A program made the position numbers and the translations under genes. A model generated the notes under the pieces. It was not told where the DNA came from and did no database searches. It was given only the letters and a program-made list of their open reading frames with translations. Shown piece by piece: positions 34,847-35,333 of a stretch of 35,333 nucleotides of DNA. Source of the stretch: a virus (Duplodnaviria; Caudoviricetes); the IMG/VR virus record IMGVR_UViG_3300020043_001919, positions 1-35,333 of that record; one strand, 5' to 3'. Each line of letters begins with the position of its first letter. Positions within the stretch are counted from its first letter, which is position 1.

Positions 34847-35131
34847 TTAATCGGCGTAGTGGATAAATAATACGGTGCAACAGCCGTATGGTCGAAAGTC
34901 TATCATGTCGCCATAGTCCTCGACGCGCCCACGCAATCCCGTTATCCCTACGGCTGCCTTGGCTTTCTTCATCAGTTCGCGCCGATATATCTTGTTTGCC
35001 TTGCAATAGTTGGTCGAGCCGTCATACCCGTAGTGGGTAAGCTCCGGCATGGTAACAGTTGCGCGTCGCACCCACGAATAGTTAGATTCGCCGCCAAATG
35101 TATCAGTGTATTCGATGTCGTATTTGTGCAT
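34847..35131 (-). CDS. Conserved early phage protein
   Basis: AAGGAG RBS; E.TDTFGGE.NYSWV.R motif; bounded by repeat copies. Confidence 0.8.
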   Translation of the reverse strand: MHKYDIEYTDTFGGESNYSWVRRATVTMPELTHYGYDGSTNYCKANKIYRRELMKKAKAAVGITGLRGRVEDYGDMIDFRPYGCCTVLFIHYAD

Positions 35132-35156
35132 TGTCTTTACTCCTTATGTGGATTTG

Positions 35157-35258
35157 TTACGCATAACAAAAATATAGGACTGCCAGCGCCATCATTGGCA
35201 CGAATAACGTGGCGGCAATCGTGAAAACTATCGTCTCGATGATCTGAATTGTTCGCAT
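35157..35258 (-). CDS. 33-aa single-TM peptide, first gene of early operon (not in ORF track)
   Basis: GGAG RBS; MRTIQIIETIVFTIAATLFVPMMALAVLYFCYA; its TAA lies inside repeat copy 3. Confidence 0.65.
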   Translation of the reverse strand: MRTIQIIETIVFTIAATLFVPMMALAVLYFCYA

Positions 35259-35282
35259 GTGATTTGCTCCAGGTGATGATTG

Positions 35283-35322
35283 ACTTTTCCACAATTGGCT
35301 GATTTTGTCAAATACTTTTTTA
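35283..35322 (-). promoter_or_regulatory. Early promoter with overlapping DnaA box
   Basis: Minus strand A-tract, TTGACA (35311-06)-17-AAAAGT with TGn; TTTTCCACA at 35285-35293 fits TTWTNCACA. Confidence 0.65.
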
Positions 35323-35333
35323 CAAGGGCATTA

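Larger units (their letters stand above)
34640..35160 (-). repeat. Three dispersed intergenic repeats, consensus (TTAACT)GTAACAAATC(C/A)ACA followed by RBS
   Basis: + strand copies: TATGTGGATTTGTTACAGTTAA 34644-34665; TGTTGATTTGTTACAGTTAA 34831-34850; TATGTGGATTTGTTAC 35145-35160. Confidence 0.9.
1..35333. mobile_element. Tailed dsDNA phage (P22-like podovirus morphogenesis module plus APSE/SPO2-like PolA replication module), near-complete genome
   Basis: Contiguous packaging, head, tail, ejection, lysis, replication and early modules with tightly coupled stop/start overlaps; no host housekeeping genes; no integrase or small terminase seen. Confidence 0.96.

Noticed and set aside
34821-35006. 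N-terminal extension of the Zn-ribbon ORF given in the track
   Set aside because: Overlaps the upstream gene and crosses the intergenic repeat; ATG 34820 has its own RBS
34640-35160. Early repeats as a CRISPR array
   Set aside because: Copies are about 185 and 310 bp apart and separated by whole genes; repeats are short and non-palindromic
1-35333. tRNA genes, integrase/att site, alternative genetic code
   Set aside because: No cloverleaf seen in the few intergenic gaps, no recombinase ORF, and genes tile densely under the standard bacterial code

Overview
The window is almost certainly most of one tailed dsDNA phage genome with podovirus morphology. It starts inside the large terminase and ends at an early promoter; no small terminase, integrase or host DNA is visible. 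The + strand late operon follows P22-like order: TerL, three small basic proteins, portal, a ferritin/Dps-like protein, an intercalated fibre block, scaffold, coat, gp4-like adaptor, gp10-like hub, needle/knob, tail fibre, three ejection proteins, and a GH108 endolysin with holin candidates and overlapped spanins. The spanins imply a Gram-negative host; Alphaproteobacteria is my inference only. An APSE/SPO2-type replication module is split around a 64-bp bidirectional promoter: VRR-NUC and SNF2 helicase run left, while the Cas4-like nuclease, SSB-like protein, PolA and primase-helicase run right. A - strand early operon of small genes includes a stand-alone DnaA domain IV protein, an HTH protein and a minimal C5-methyltransferase-like protein. 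Main leads: (1) a repeated intergenic motif between early genes that resembles a DnaA box and recurs in the bidirectional promoter, together with a perfect DnaA box on the early promoter; (2) near-total avoidance of GTAC; (3) two genes whose ATGs overlap head-to-head on one CATG, between facing promoters and an inverted repeat; (4) a hairpin/pseudoknot leader on the scaffold gene. All family calls come from motif recognition and synteny; no database search was run.
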